A stretch of 64,000 nt of DNA, taken from NCBI GenBank assembly GCA_011109175.1, contig RDEW01000006.1, positions 967,232-1,031,231 on the forward strand, given 5' to 3'. The stretch comes from Dicyema japonicum (taxonomy: Eukaryota > Animalia > Dicyemida). Shown here piece after piece: positions 12,175 through 24,990 of this stretch. The position numbers and the translations under genes are program-made. The notes beneath the pieces were generated by a model. The model was not told the origin of the DNA. It worked only from the letters and a program-made list of their open reading frames with translations, and did not search any database. Every line of letters begins with the position of its first letter. Within the stretch, counting starts at the first letter, position 1.

Positions 12175-12690
12175 GATTAATAAAAATAATAATAACAGAT
12201 CTGGATGTTGATTGTGACTTCCAGAATTTTCTGATGTTTGCTCAAATAGGTTTCGGTATTATCCAAATTAGCTCCACCGTCTTTCATAGTCTTTATCGAA
12301 AGTGAATAATGTGGTGACTGATTTCTCCAGGCTAATTCATAAGTGGTTATTCTATAACCAAACGTTAAGACGACCCAGGCGTTAATACAATCTTTATGTT
12401 GAAACCTGAATATCTTTATCATGTGAAGCCAAAAGAATGTCATCTTCATAAGTCAGTAGGATGTCGTTTTCGTTTCTTGGAATGGACGATCGGCCGTAAA
12501 TAGGTTGAACAGTAAAGGGGAGAGGGTGATCCTTGGGTGACGCCATTCGGTAGAAGTAGAGATGTTGTCCCTTACAACCAACATCAGAGGTCCTCTAGAG
12601 CCTGTTCTACGGCTGAGGTCAAAACGGGCAAAGTAGGCGGTCTTATAAAGGATTTTTTGTTTTTTCCCACACGCGGTTGTAGAATCTTGG
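12175..12690 (-). mobile_element. LINE RT fragment
   Basis: Minus strand GVTQGSPSPLYC / LFNLFTAD region; paralogous to 26880-27780. Confidence 0.75.
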
Positions 12691-12892
12691 AGATCCTAAA
12701 AAAAAAGTATTAAATGTTGGAGTATGAATTTATTCAAGGAACTAAAATGAATATATAAAAAATTAATAAAATAAAGATTTTTGAATTTAAAAAATATTTG
12801 TTAAAAAACTATAAGTGTAATCAAAAACTTGAATTATGAAAACCCAAAAATTTATTAACCATAAAAACAAATGTCATCCAATTAAACAATCA

Positions 12893-13030
12893 AATTATTC
12901 AATTATAGGATAAATGGGATTTAAAGGAAATACACAATCATTCATCCCACGTGCCAATTTTATGTAGCCGTTTATACCCCGGTCTTTGCCCACGCATTTT
13001 TTATGAGCCTATACTTCTCCCCTTTATAAA
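12893..13030 (-). pseudogene. Cathepsin last-exon relic (a second relic at 13812-13868 spans the catalytic-Cys exon/intron junction)
   Basis: With one frameshift it reads GEKYRLIKNAWGKDRGINGYIKLARGMNDCVFPLNPIYPIIE*, homologous to the copy 1 C-terminus. 13812-13868 matches intron 3 and SCYAFGA. Confidence 0.8.
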
Positions 13031-13044
13031 TTTTCGAAGACATA

Positions 13045-13965
13045 ATGAAGTGGTAAAGTACATCCATCTCATATTTGTCGAGTTTATGGAATCAAATAAA
13101 GCAGGAAATTGAAAGGACATTCGGTTCAGTCAATATTGACGAATCAAAATGTCGAAATTAGAGTTGACACGTCGATTTTGACAGAAACAAAATTACAATA
13201 CAATAAACCTGACATTTTTATGTATGACAAAACAAAGAAGGAAGTAACTTTAATCGAAGTGGGCACTACCTCACAAGACCGACTAAAACAAGTTGAAGTT
13301 GAGAAACTTCACAAATATGACTTGCTTGCAAATGAATTTTCGCTACTCTATGAATGCCAAGTGAATATTTTCCAGCGGGTTTGACATGGGATGGAGTTGT
13401 CTCAGATGCTTAAAAAATCATATGGATAAATTATCTATTGAAGAATCAACGAGGATTTACATCCAATCGGTTGTTCTGAAGAGAACGCTCGAAAGTATGC
13501 TCATTGAACATAAGTATGGGATTAAGGTATACGTTGAAGAGTACGCCTCTGCTACTCCCCAACTTGTAGAACTGGCATTCCGTCCACAGTCCACTGGACC
13601 CTAACAGAGATATTTCAACTGAATATGATGTGGAGATATGGAGTAACAGGGAGTTTATGGCACACTCTTCTTCTAAGAGAAGAAGGATTACTAGCATTCT
13701 GGACTAAAATCCGTTTAATTAGTTAATCTACTCATTAATTTTTTTATAAAAATATTATTTATAACTATGGAACGTTTTTTTATAAAAATATATTTATTAC
13801 AAAATACTACAATATGGCCAACTAAATGCATTAAACAATAGTTTACTGCACCAAATGCATAACATGTAACAGGAGGTTATGGCAAACTCTATATCGACTG
13901 AATCTGATGGGAGTGACAGGGACTCTTTTGGCACACTCTTCTTCTAAGATTATTATTATTAACTC
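13045..13965 (+). mobile_element. R4/Dong-like non-LTR retrotransposon 3' part with restriction-like endonuclease; 3' end duplicated
   Basis: HNEVVKYIHL, NKPDIFMYDKTKKEVTLIEVG, EKLHKYDLLANE, TWDGVV, YIQSVVLKRTLE. The 3' UTR gcacactcttcttctaag occurs at about 13660 and 13930, the latter with a (TTA)n tail. Confidence 0.8.
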
Positions 13966-14439
13966 AAGAACACTAATAGTTAATTTAATTACTAAATTAA
14001 TTTTTTTTAAGAATAACAATTTATTGAAGAATAAAACCAAATAACAATTTATTGAAAAATAAAACTAAATTAATTAAGTGATCTCGAAGGCCTCAATCAG
14101 AATTCTCATTTTCTCCTCGTGCGCCTTCTGGGATCCAACACAACTTCTCTGTGGGCGGAGTGGTTTCGGGAATAGGAATTGGAGAGGAGTGATGTATACC
14201 CTTCTCATAAGACACGTCGTGGCTGTGTATTGTTGAGAGTGGCACTGCTTGCACAGGGTAGCAAATCCCTTTCCATTTTGTCGGATAAGGTCTTCAAGTT
14301 ATGAGGGTATTAGTTTTTCTAGTTTCCCGAGATTACTAATAGTAGTGGCTGTTAAGGTCTGAATGTTGAGGATTTTTTGTTTGTTCGTCCAGGACAGATT
14401 GATTCCCCATGACGTAGAGGCATAGCTGACAGATGAATG

Positions 14440-17180
14440 AATTGTTTGTACAATAATTTCAAAGCTGGGAAAGGAGTTTTAATGCCACCGAAAATAGTTT
14501 TGATTAAGATTCTGGAGTTACGATGTTTATTAACGATGCACAAGATTGACATCTGCCTTATCCAGGAGTGAAAACTTTCTACAAAGAGTACAACCCCACT
14601 TTTTCCTAGATACATCTCTATCAGAAAAGACCGTATTGGACGCGGTGGCGGCTTACTCACCATTATTAAAACGGTTTATCCTTCCACGATGTGAGCTCGC
14701 AAGTGAATGATTTAATTCTACACGACAAGACCGCGGAATAAATTTCTATTGATCTTATTAATGAGTCAGAACTCCTTATTCTAATCAACATTTACATTCC
14801 ACCACCGGGATCCTGTCCTAATAACTATTTTCCGAAGCTCGACAAACTACAAGAAATTCGAAATGTGTTACCATGTGGGGATTTCAACGCCAAACATCCG
14901 CAATGGCTTAGTACCCAGTCGGCAGACAAGAGGGGGAGTCTAATTATCGACTCTCTCGAAAAAATGGTGATTCTGAATCACCCGAATATCTTCACAAGGA
15001 CACCTATCCGAAGAAATGACAACCCAACCCCCAACATATTTATTGCTTCCTCTAGGATTGCCCCGAAGATTTCATGGAACGTCTCCTACGATTTTCATAA
15101 TGATCATACTTTGATTATATTAAAACTGAACCGATTCAATAACTCACGTAGAATTAAAGCAACCTTCAAGGTCTACAAGAAAGCTGACTGGTCGAATTTA
15201 AAGCTCTTCATTGACCACAACCTAATAGATTTTGATCCCACCTCATTTTGCTTTATCGACAAAGCAGTGGGCCATCTAAACCATTTTTCTAGCTAAAAAG
15301 TTTTTACCACGTGCAGTTTACAAATCCTACAAGCCTACTCTGGACTCGGAGACTCGTCTTTTCGTCAAACAAAGAAACTCCCTGAAGATGAATCATCTGC
15401 AAACCTCTTCTGATTTGGAAATATAGAATGCTTAAATCAGAGAATTACTAAGCTCATCAGAGAAAAGAAGATAGGCGTGGAACCGCCTATTATCATCTAT
15501 TGGACATATGAAATCCACGAGTCTTTCATGGAAAACTCGAATCAAGCTAAACTTATCAGATGAATCTGAATCTTTTTTGCTCCAAATACTGTGCAAGCTA
15601 ACAACCTAATGAAATATTACGCATCCATAAGTCACAAGGACTTCTCGAAATCCCATTCTTGTCACCTTCGGAATTTAATGCCTAAACCAATTTCGTGGAT
15701 CAATTTATTTACGCATGCCGAGGTCACAAGCTATAAGATCGATGAAGAGATCTTATACATGTGGTCCTGACTGCATTCCGGGAATTTTGCTAAAACGACT
15801 TGGTAATGTTGCAATCAATTCGATTACGTCAATTTTTAATTTGTCTTCTAACATGAACGTTATCCCATGCAAATGGAAGAACTCACTTATAATACCCATC
15901 CTAAACTAGGAAAACCGAAGACCATACCTTCTTCCTACCGTCCAATTTCATTAACGTGCGCATTATCGCGCCTAATGGAGAAACTCGTACTCTGGAAAAT
16001 TACACCCCATTTGCTCGACTGCCACTTTCAACATGGTTTCAAATGTGAGTGATCAACTACGACACATTTGACTTACTGTCTCAATTTATATCAGAAGGGT
16101 TCAACGTACCGAAACGCCATTAACGGACAATAGTTGTTTCCTGGATATCCAGAAGGCGTTCGATTCTATCTCGAGAACATTACCACGAAAAGGTTTTTGA
16201 CACCACCATTTAGCAGGATTTGAAAAGATCCACAGCCAATTTTCTCTCCGGAAGAAGAGGACGTGTCTGTATAGCCACGCAAGATCGAGGTCCCGTCTCC
16301 TACCAAATGGCGTCCCTCAATGATCGCCCTTCTCTCCGGCGTTATTCAACTTATTCCTCAACGATTTACCCTGCCCTGGAGGACCAGATCAATGCTTCTT
16401 ACTTATGCTGACGATCTAATCATCGCTAGCAGGAACAAATACGTGGGTACAGCAAAATCAGAGCTTCAGTCACATATTTGACGACCTGGGAGCCTGGTTG
16501 AAGTTGAATTGTCTCTCCAAATCCAGGGATAAATCAAAGTATACAATCTTCACCACGGACAGAAAAGAAAAACATACACTCGATTTGAACATTTATGGAG
16601 ACTCCTTACCATTACAGATTCGTACAACTATCCTGGGAGTGACATTTGACCCTTTGATGATATTTTTCAACATGTGAAACGTTATGACAAAAGGTCTCAG
16701 GAAACTAAATATAATCAAACCGCTCAGGAATGCGCCCTCGTCTTGTTCAATCAAACCGACGATTTGAGTATGCTTGTGCCTCATGGGCCTATGGAGCTTC
16801 GATATCAAATTCATTCAAGATCAATTCCCTAATTGGCAAACTGGCACGTCTAACGAATCTACACCCGATCTTTCCCCCAATGCTTGACCACACCGCAATC
16901 AAAATTAATGGCTCCGGCTTCATCGGTCTGTGTGGCCAAGAAACAAGCCGTTTCTTCTATCCAAGGCTAGAGGCCTCAAATACACGAAATTTGGGGAAAA
17001 AACCCACCCCTCTTCAAACTCTAATGAAAGATGATCGTCGACTATTCAAGAGAGCGGTGGGTACTCTTGAGGAACATAGGAAAAATCTCTCGATCCTGTT
17101 GAGGCGTACCGGGATCACTTAATTAGTTGGTTTACTCCTCTTTCTTGGCGTTCCCTTTTCGGGGTTATTAAATAAATAAT
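14440..17180 (+). mobile_element. Degenerate near full-length family-A LINE ORF2 (APE plus RT)
   Basis: ICLIQE, RGGGLL, GDFNAKHPQW, GPDCIPG, SYRPISLT, DIQKAFDS, YADD; C-terminus GTLEEHRKNLSILLRRTGIT*. Many frameshifts. Confidence 0.85.
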
Positions 17181-17269
17181 ATATATTTATTAACCAAAAA
17201 TATTTTTATTGACGGAAACAAGTGAAATATGTGAAAATAAATTAATTCTATATATTACAAATTATGTTA

Positions 17270-17693
17270 TATTGGCTCGTGGGGTCCGTCCATATCTTGG
17301 ACAAATATGAGGAAAATTGAGGAAATGCAAAAGAGGGCTTACTGAGTAACGGAGCGTTGGATTTGTATAGATCATCGACCCGGACCTACGCCTCTGAGGC
17401 CCTTATGAGACTTGACTCCAGATCACGGGACGTTGGCCCTGAAAATTCAGGCAGCCGTCCTGTACGTTCATGCGCGGGCACAGAGGAAGAACAACGGGCA
17501 AAGATGAGATCTCTGTTAGAGTGATGCCGTCATCAGTGGACATTCACTGCGGAACTGGATTGTCTAAAAAGGACCCACACACAAGAAAAAAAGAAGTGAA
17601 GATCATTCCTTGGTTCTACGATTAGTTAAAGTTAACTGTTCTTTACTTAAATAAAGTGTGTGTCCTGCCTATGCGGAGGTATAATACTATGAC
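17270..17693 (+). mobile_element. Family-A LINE 3' fragment (17270-17522) joined to a 5'-truncated SINE (17523-17693)
   Basis: SWGPSISWTNMRKIEE and cgggcaaagatgagatctctgttagag are followed directly by gatgccgtcatcagtggacattcactgcgg. The SINE is interrupted at 17693 by the hAT element. Confidence 0.85.
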
Positions 17694-18049
17694 TAGGGCA
17701 ACCAGAAAGTTGTTCTTAAAAATGTAAAAAATTGACCTTAAAAGTCAACTAAATTGCTCTAAAAAATGAATTTTCGAATTCTACATATCTAAATATATCA
17801 ATTCTACATATCTACAGTTCTACACTAAAGTTCTACAGAATAAATGGTTAAGAAAACAATCACCAAGAGACCTGTATTAAAATCAGTAAAAAGCACTAAA
17901 GTGAAGATCTCTTCTCGTCCTCCGGGAAGTGCTACTGCTGAATCATTCTCTCCAGAGAACAAGACTCCGCATAAGGCTGAATTTGTTAAACCACCGAATG
18001 TCATTACAAAATACGATCCCAGGATATATCTAAATATACGGATGAACTA

Positions 18050-19126
18050 ATGAAACCCGATCATTCAGAGAACAAGACTATATTAATTACAGTGAATTCT
18101 ACTATGAATGCAATTAAAATCGCAAATGTTTTACAATACTATGACCAATATGGATCTATGAAAATGAATCACAGAGGACCGGGCTCTTTCCGACTGGATT
18201 TCCTGGATAACTCCCATTTAGCCACCTTTATAGAAGCGGTGAATGAGACCTGCCCCTTTGGTAATGACAATCACCATTTCAAGACAATCTCAACAAAACC
18301 GTCTGAGATTGTCCTCAGGAACCTCCCCTTCTGGGTAAAGGAGGACGACCTCTTGGACTACCTTCAGGAGATGGCTCCCTCAGTCACGAAGGTTACCCGA
18401 ATGTCAAGAGGATCACAGCCTATGCCTATGGCAAAGGCCTCAGTTAGTAGTAATGCGGAGGCCACATCGTTGATACGTTGTGGATTTTACATTGGATCAA
18501 ACAAGATCGAGTGTGAGTGGATGAAGAGGCCCCCTCCCATCTGCTACAACTGTGAACGCATCGGCCACATCGCGGCACAGTGTAAGGAAAAGAAGAGATG
18601 CATCAAGTGTGGAGGGGAGCACGATCTTCTTATGTGTGAATATCCATCGAACGTGAAGACCAAATGTATCAATTGTGGAGGTGCAGGACACAATGCCCGC
18701 TATAGAGGATGTCCGGCAATGAGAGATGCATCGAAGAAAATAATTTCCAGACAAACAGTGTCTAGAAAAGAAGGAATCAAGCCAATTCAAGAAATGAAGC
18801 GGACCAATACTTCACATACTCCAGATTGGCCGATGGAGAGGAGAGCTAAAAGGAAAAATTTGCAGAGAAAAATAGAAGTTTGCGAGATGGTCAAACAGAC
18901 GGAAGAGATTATGAAAACTGATAGTTCTCACATTCGTGATGGATCGGTGGATCTGGGCGCCAAACGTAAACATGAACAGAGCAAAACAGGAATCCCCGAG
19001 TCGGTATCTCGGGAGCTGAATGGTATTGTCTCTCGTCTGAACAATTTATGCAAAATGCTGAAAGTGGATTTTTGGAGTCTGGTGAACCTGGCTGTGGAAA
19101 GCGCAGGCCACCAACCAAACCGTTGA
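18050..19126 (+). CDS. LINE ORF1 gag-like nucleic-acid-binding protein with three CCHC knuckles
   Basis: CYNCERIGHIAAQC, CIKCGGEHDLLMC, CINCGGAGHNARYRGC; overlaps ORF2 (19048 onward) in another frame. Confidence 0.88.
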   Translation: MKPDHSENKTILITVNSTMNAIKIANVLQYYDQYGSMKMNHRGPGSFRLDFLDNSHLATFIEAVNETCPFGNDNHHFKTISTKPSEIVLRNLPFWVKEDDLLDYLQEMAPSVTKVTRMSRGSQPMPMAKASVSSNAEATSLIRCGFYIGSNKIECEWMKRPPPICYNCERIGHIAAQCKEKKRCIKCGGEHDLLMCEYPSNVKTKCINCGGAGHNARYRGCPAMRDASKKIISRQTVSRKEGIKPIQEMKRTNTSHTPDWPMERRAKRKNLQRKIEVCEMVKQTEEIMKTDSSHIRDGSVDLGAKRKHEQSKTGIPESVSRELNGIVSRLNNLCKMLKVDFWSLVNLAVESAGHQPNR

Positions 19127-20342
19127 AAAGTAAATTGAAAGTAGTGCTGGTGAATGCCCGCTCCCTGGTGAAAAGGCATGATGAACTAGTGCTACTTGTG
19201 AGGATTGCCAAGGTGGATTTCTTGGTAGTCAACGAGACGAAAATCAAACAAGGAAAAAAATATAGTATGGAAGGATATAACTCGGTGGGCATTCCATGGA
19301 AAGATGGAGCAGTGGCTGGAACTAGAACTTCAATCTTTTTTCGAAATGGTTTGCAAATACGGAATGATTGCATCGTACTGGCCGATGAGTCGGAATTTGT
19401 GTCCGTGGATATTCTATGTGGAGGGAAATGGATAAGCGTAGGAAAGCTATGTTCTAAGGACTTGGCCCGATCTTCTGCGAAAATTGTTTAATTTTTCGAA
19501 ACTAACCCGATGTCGATTTTGGTAGGAAACCTCAACGCTAAGAATACGAGCTATGGATGCTGCAAAAATAATGGGGACGGGCGACTCCTATCAGATATTG
19601 CTAGCGAAATTGGAGTTGAGGTCTTGACGTCTAAAGAACCTAACCATTTCTCATACAACGGAGCTGACATGTTGGGATTGGCTCTAGTGTCTCCACAGCT
19701 CCTGGATTATGTGGACGGACCTCGTTGCTTTGAGACATTGGGAGTGATCATATTCCGCCGGAAATATCTATAAACTTGGAACCAAACATTGCAGAAAATA
19801 TTTTCCTATACTATGATACTTCGTCGATAGACTGGGTACATTATCGTCATTATTTGTCTCAGAACTTGCTATCGAAGACTATCACTTGTTCTACACCAAA
19901 TGAGCTGGACGTTTTTGACAGGGTATTATCCAGCACTATGCTGACGTATCTTCAATTATATGGAAGGAAGGTTTACTCGAAGAGCTTTCTGAAGAGCGAA
20001 GATTCTTGCCCGCCTATAATACGGGATCTTATTCGCGAGAGGAATACTCTGAAGGCGAAGCACAGACGATGTATTGATATGTGGGACAGGAAAATCTTGA
20101 AATACAGAATTGATGTGATCCAAACAATGTTACAAGAAGCTTGGAGAGTAAACGCCGAAAATAAATTGAAGAGTGCAGCCTCTAAGGTTAACTGGAAAAA
20201 CCCTTGTTTTTGGAAAATGTACAGAAGGCTAACGAATGGGAGTTTAAAAGCAAAAAACATTGAGCTGGCCGATCAAAATGGAAGGACAATCCCATTGGAA
20301 AAAGTTCCTTCGGTATTCAGAAGTCAACTAGAGAATATACAG

Positions 20343-21921
20343 CAGAGCTTTTCAAAAAATAATTCTCGCGGCACACTAATCGTAAAAAAAATAATCCACG
20401 GCCCAAATTAAAAAATAAAAAAATTAAATTTTTAAAATGTGTAAAACTAAGTACAAAAATTAATAATTTAATGCCCAAATTTTTATTAATAAAAAAATGA
20501 ATTCATTATTATTGTTTTTGCATATATTTTCAATATCAGGTCGAATGGTTGACAAAGCCACTCGCATTTCAGCACAAATCGGACGAGAAACAGTATTATT
20601 TGAAAAAGGTATCTACATTATTATTTGTTCATATTTATGACCAAACATAGTCCGAGCAATAATACGACAAGCAGGGATTATCAAGTTTTCGCCAATAATG
20701 TGAGGTTTTAGTTGTTTTGCTATCACTTCTGAGATCAGGTAAACATTTCAATGATTCTTTTGTGTTTAAAAAAGTTTCACTGAACATCAGATCTACGATT
20801 CATAGTAAAAACTAAATAATACTTAAGTTGTTTTTTTTCAAATGGATAAAATAATCCACAGATTTTTCGGAATAGTCCGGATGCTTGGAAGTAAAATGTC
20901 TCTTTAGTTTGCTAGGAACCATAGCATCACTTGCCAAAACTTCCATGCAAATTAGACATTGAGGTAGTTTATTTTTATCTTTGCATATAAATCCAAATGA
21001 CAAATAAGAATCTTTATATGAACGACGAACTGATTTACCCATAAGCACGTTGATGCGCACGTTATTGAAAAATTAATAATAATGGTTAACCAATGTAAAT
21101 GTCATTTAATGTATACACTCAATCCCATAAATGTTGACCCAATTCCCATAAATGTTGACCCAATTCCCATAAATGTTGTCCCAATTCCCATAAATGATGT
21201 CCAAGTTATATATATAAATAATACACAAGTAAATCTATATTTTAAAAATTTTAATTTTTTAGATTGTTATCAACTAATACAGATATGAGAAGTCGCAAGG
21301 TTTTTATGAACGAAAGTCTATTTATCACTTCGATCAGTAAAAGAGTTTGAATAGGTGTATACAAAGTGTTACAAACATTTTATTTACCCCCTTATTCAAA
21401 CTGACTTGAACCCAATTGAAAACTTTTTTTATTGTGTGAAATCTCGCCTAAATGTAATTAGACCAAGAGTAACTGTAAGAGGAGAATTGCTAACAAATAT
21501 CGGATTTGTTATGAGTGGTCTCGAAACCGAGATTTGTCCTCATATTACAGTTTTTGGAAAGGGAAAATGGAATTAATAACAGATTAATTGAATAAAATAC
21601 TTTTTTCCTAAATTATTTATTAGTATAATATATATAATTTGGACACCATTTATGGGAATTGGGTCATCATTTATGGGATTTGGGTCATCATTTATGGGAA
21701 TTGGGACAACATTTATGGGAATTGGGTCAACATTTATGGGAATTGGGTCAACATTTATGGATTCAGTGTAATAAAAAATAATTATTTTAATTTTAGTAAT
21801 TATTTTAATTCGTTTATCTTTTTAAATTAATTAGGTCAAAAATGTATACAAATTTATTCAAATTTGTATTTGGCAGGCGGCACACTAGAAATTGTCTTGC
21901 GGCACACCGTTTGACACCCTG
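20343..21921 (-). mobile_element. Internally deleted Buster/SPIN-type hAT element inserted in LINE ORF2
   Basis: BED-like N-terminus YLSFGF...PQCLICMEVLASDAMVPSKLKRHFTSKHP and KPHIIGENLIIPAC on minus. Terminal cagggtgtcaaac..gtgtgccgc at 21921 and cagagcttttcaaa..gcggcacac at 20343. The LINE frame rejoins across it (ENIQ|GVDP). Boundaries approximate. Confidence 0.75.
21116..21768 (+). mobile_element. Non-autonomous Tc1-like element with long TIRs built of 21-bp tandem repeats
   Basis: TA TSD at 21114-15 and 21769-70; ends cactcaatccc / ggattcagtg. Unit cccataaatgttgacccaatt occurs about 4x on the left and about 6x inverted on the right. Internal LPPYS / DLNPIENFF DDE_3 motif. Confidence 0.85.
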
Positions 21922-23859
21922 TATATTATACAGGGTGTCGATCCTATTAGTGTTATAAATGAAAAATTTTCAGATGAGTTGCCTAATTTCATGGATTACT
22001 CTATGGAAGATCCGTGTTGTTTGGCAGAAAAAGTCTCAATGGCAGAAGTTAGAACAGCAATTCGTGAATGCAAGAACAAGGCACCCGGATTTGATGGGAT
22101 TCCTATGATTATGTTCAAAGAAGGTTCTGATGAACTATTGTCTGTTCTACGAGAGATGAACGACTCGAGTTTCAGGCTCGGACACGTGCCTCCTTTATGG
22201 AAACGATCTATTGTTAAGATGATCCTCAAGCCAGGAAAAGCAAGGAAGGATCCCCTCAGTTATAGGCCGATAAGTCTCATATGTTCTACATAAAAGATTA
22301 TGGAACGTATTGTATTTAAGAGACTGAATCGGTATATAGAGGGGAGCAACTTTCTACGACCTAATCAATTTGGTTTCCGTCCGAGAAGATCATGTGGAGA
22401 TTGTATCCACTCACTAAACTACGAAATTATAAATACACTGGAGAAGAAAAGCCAGTTGAGCCTTATTTGTCTCGACATATCAAAGGCATTTGACAGTGTA
22501 TGGCACGAGGCGTTATTTCGTCAACTAGTTCGGTCTAAAATAACCAGAGAAATGTTCCTATGGCTGAAAGACTATCTAACTGGGAGGATATCCCACGTGG
22601 TAGTTGGTGGAAGTTATTCGGATGGAATATCATTTAAAAGAGGAGTCCCACAGGGATCTATTCTTAGCCCTTTGCTATTTAACATATTTATGGAAGATTT
22701 TCCGTCTCCGCAGAACGCCAGAACCAAGCTAATGATTTACGCGGACGACATTCTAATCCTGGATTCATCTTTGAAGGCATACATCTCAGAGCGGCGACTA
22801 GGTGTTTTTATCGACAAAGTCCAGGGTTGATGCGATCAGAGAGGCATGAAACTCTCGACGGAAAAAATCCAGTTATTTGAGGATAAGCAGGTCGGGTAGA
22901 CATCAGGAAGAGCCCTACACTATCTGTATACCGAGAGTTTCGTAATTGAAATACCTAAGGATTTCAGTCGATGGAAGAGGATCATACATGAAGGACATTG
23001 AAGGGCAAAGGAAAAAGGCTTTGCAGGAACTGTACTGCACTAAAAGACTGAAGCTAGACGTCAATTCCATGCTCTTTATCTTCCGGAATGTGATTCTTCC
23101 CAGACTGATCTACGGAAGCGAGGGATGGTTCTACACCCCCTCGAGAGAAAGGATTCTCGCCCGACTGGAGAGAACACGGCAAGCGGCAATAAAACTAGCC
23201 CTCGGTAAGAAATTACAAGAAGCCCTGACGGAGGAAGAAAACAAACTTGTCAGGCCGATCAAGGAAGACATCCGAATCAGGACGTCAAAGTAAATAGACA
23301 TAGGATGGATTGTCAGAAAAAGGGTACTGGGATGAAGAGTCAAGGCCTAACAGCAGACTTATTAGTACCTAATTCGTAACATGTTGTTGTTGATCTTTCA
23401 TTTCATTTCTAAAAAATAAAAAGTTGCCCTAAGATATAGAAATTTATTTATTAGAACACAACATTAAATAATATTTAACATTTTCAGGTAGGAAATTTCT
23501 ATCTTTGGTTAAAATTTAATAAAGAATTGAAAATGATCTCTCTACTTCACACGATGTTGCCGGACAATCCAGTAATAATGAGTGATCAAATGTTGAAATT
23601 GGTAGTTTAGATGACTCCATTATTTCTAAAATGTCGTTTCTTAATATCCGTTTGCTTATGTAGTCTCCAATTTTACAGGAATCTTTTTTTAAATTTTTCA
23701 CAAAATGATATGCTTTTGAAATAGTAAATTTATTTGATTCAATTTTCATTAAAATATCTGTAAATGATATTCCCGGCTTATGTCTTTTAAATTCGTATGA
23801 AGTAATTGATTCATCACGGATTCTTTTGTAAAATATTTTTAAGCATGCCTGCGAAGCTT

Positions 23860-24990
23860 AGTCGCCACCTGAAACAGAAGATTTCCAATTCTTTAATAAA
23901 AGAAAATACGTCAGAAAGAAAAACTTGTCAATTATACAATATTGGAAAAGGAACTGTCTCACGAATTAAAAAGAAATCGGAAAAGGGATTCAGAAACACA
24001 AATATTCTCTGATGAACTCTCATCTAAGAAGTTTGAATCAGATCTTTCTATTAGAATTGATGGATAAGTATTCGAAGTCTTAAACATTTGAGAGAGGATG
24101 GTATTTCTTCAGGATTTCTCCTCAAAACTATTGCAAAAAATTGCAGCTAATCTTGGCTTCAATGATTTCAAAGCATCAAATGGATGGATCGATTTAAAAA
24201 GCGCCATGAATATTGTTCAAAGTAATTTCGGGTGAAAAGAACTCGTGACAGAAATAAAGTCGAAGATTTTTTTAACGATTACGACAATTTATTTGATAAA
24301 TACGAGAAAAAAGATTTTTTAACTGCGACGAAACCTCTCTTTTTGTTTAAAAAAATTCATGTAAATCATTTGTCTCTTCGAATGAATGATGATTGTTTTG
24401 GTAAAAAAGCAAAGAACGAGTTTTTCTTTATGCTCCAGTCTTGAAGGTGAAAAATTAAAGCCCCATGTTATCGGGAAATTTAAATTACCAAGATGCTTAA
24501 AAAATATACAAACTGAGGATTATGGGGTATATTTTATTAAATTATTTTTAGGTTTTGTACACAGCGTCAAAAAATGCTTGGATGACGACTGATATTTTTG
24601 ATAAATGGCTACAAAAAATAAACTTTGAATTGGTACAAAAAAAAGCAGAAAAATTTTTTTTATGGATAATGCACCCTGCCACTAATTTCAAAAATATTCA
24701 AACTTATCATTTCTTAAATTTCCTAAATATCTTTATTCAATACTTGCCCTGAAGGGCTCAAAGAATACTATGAATTCAGAATAAAAATTTCAAAGATTCT
24801 AAGAAATAAGTATAATACTGGGTTCAAAATAACTGATTATTTCTCATAAAATAAATTAAATCCTCTTTTTTATCGAAACAACATACTTTTTGTTATTAAA
24901 AATACAAATAATAATTTTAAAATGTAAGAATTATATACCCTCTATATTTGGGCACCTTCTATATTTGGGGCACTTTTCTATTGGGGTAGG
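23860..24990 (+). mobile_element. Degenerate pogo/Tigger transposase (CENP-B HTH plus DDE_1)
   Basis: FKASNGWIDR-like segment, GEKLKPHVIGK, KNAWMTTDIFDKWL, MDNAPCH across frameshifts. Confidence 0.8.

Larger units (their letters stand above)
17771..23407 (+). mobile_element. Full-length two-ORF Jockey-like LINE, ORF2 decayed and interrupted
   Basis: 13-bp TSD tctaaaaaatgaa (17758-17770) / tctaaaaaataaa (23408-23420). Gag-like ORF1; APE (VNARSL, VNET, GNLNAK); RT (KAPGFDGIP, QFGFRP, DISKAFDSV, VPQGSILSP, YADD); (TTTCA)n tail. Confidence 0.88.

Noticed and set aside
11965-14250. Large DNA transposon defined by 200-bp inverted repeats
   Set aside because: The repeats are two oppositely oriented 3' ends of the same LINE family; no TSD or transposase.
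17777-17840. TTCTACA repeats as a stand-alone regulatory array
   Set aside because: They lie inside the TSD-defined LINE and are best explained as its 5' UTR repeats.
21082-21830. Repeat-rich ORFs (PINVD and GNWVNIY repeats) or a CRISPR-like array
   Set aside because: They are translations of the 21-bp subterminal repeats of the Tc1-like element. There are no spacers and no cas genes, and the context is eukaryotic.
23423-23431. Alternative right TIR (gttgcccta) for the hAT element
   Set aside because: Its flank (agatatag) does not match the left TSD. The 26051 end gives both the TSD and SINE continuity.
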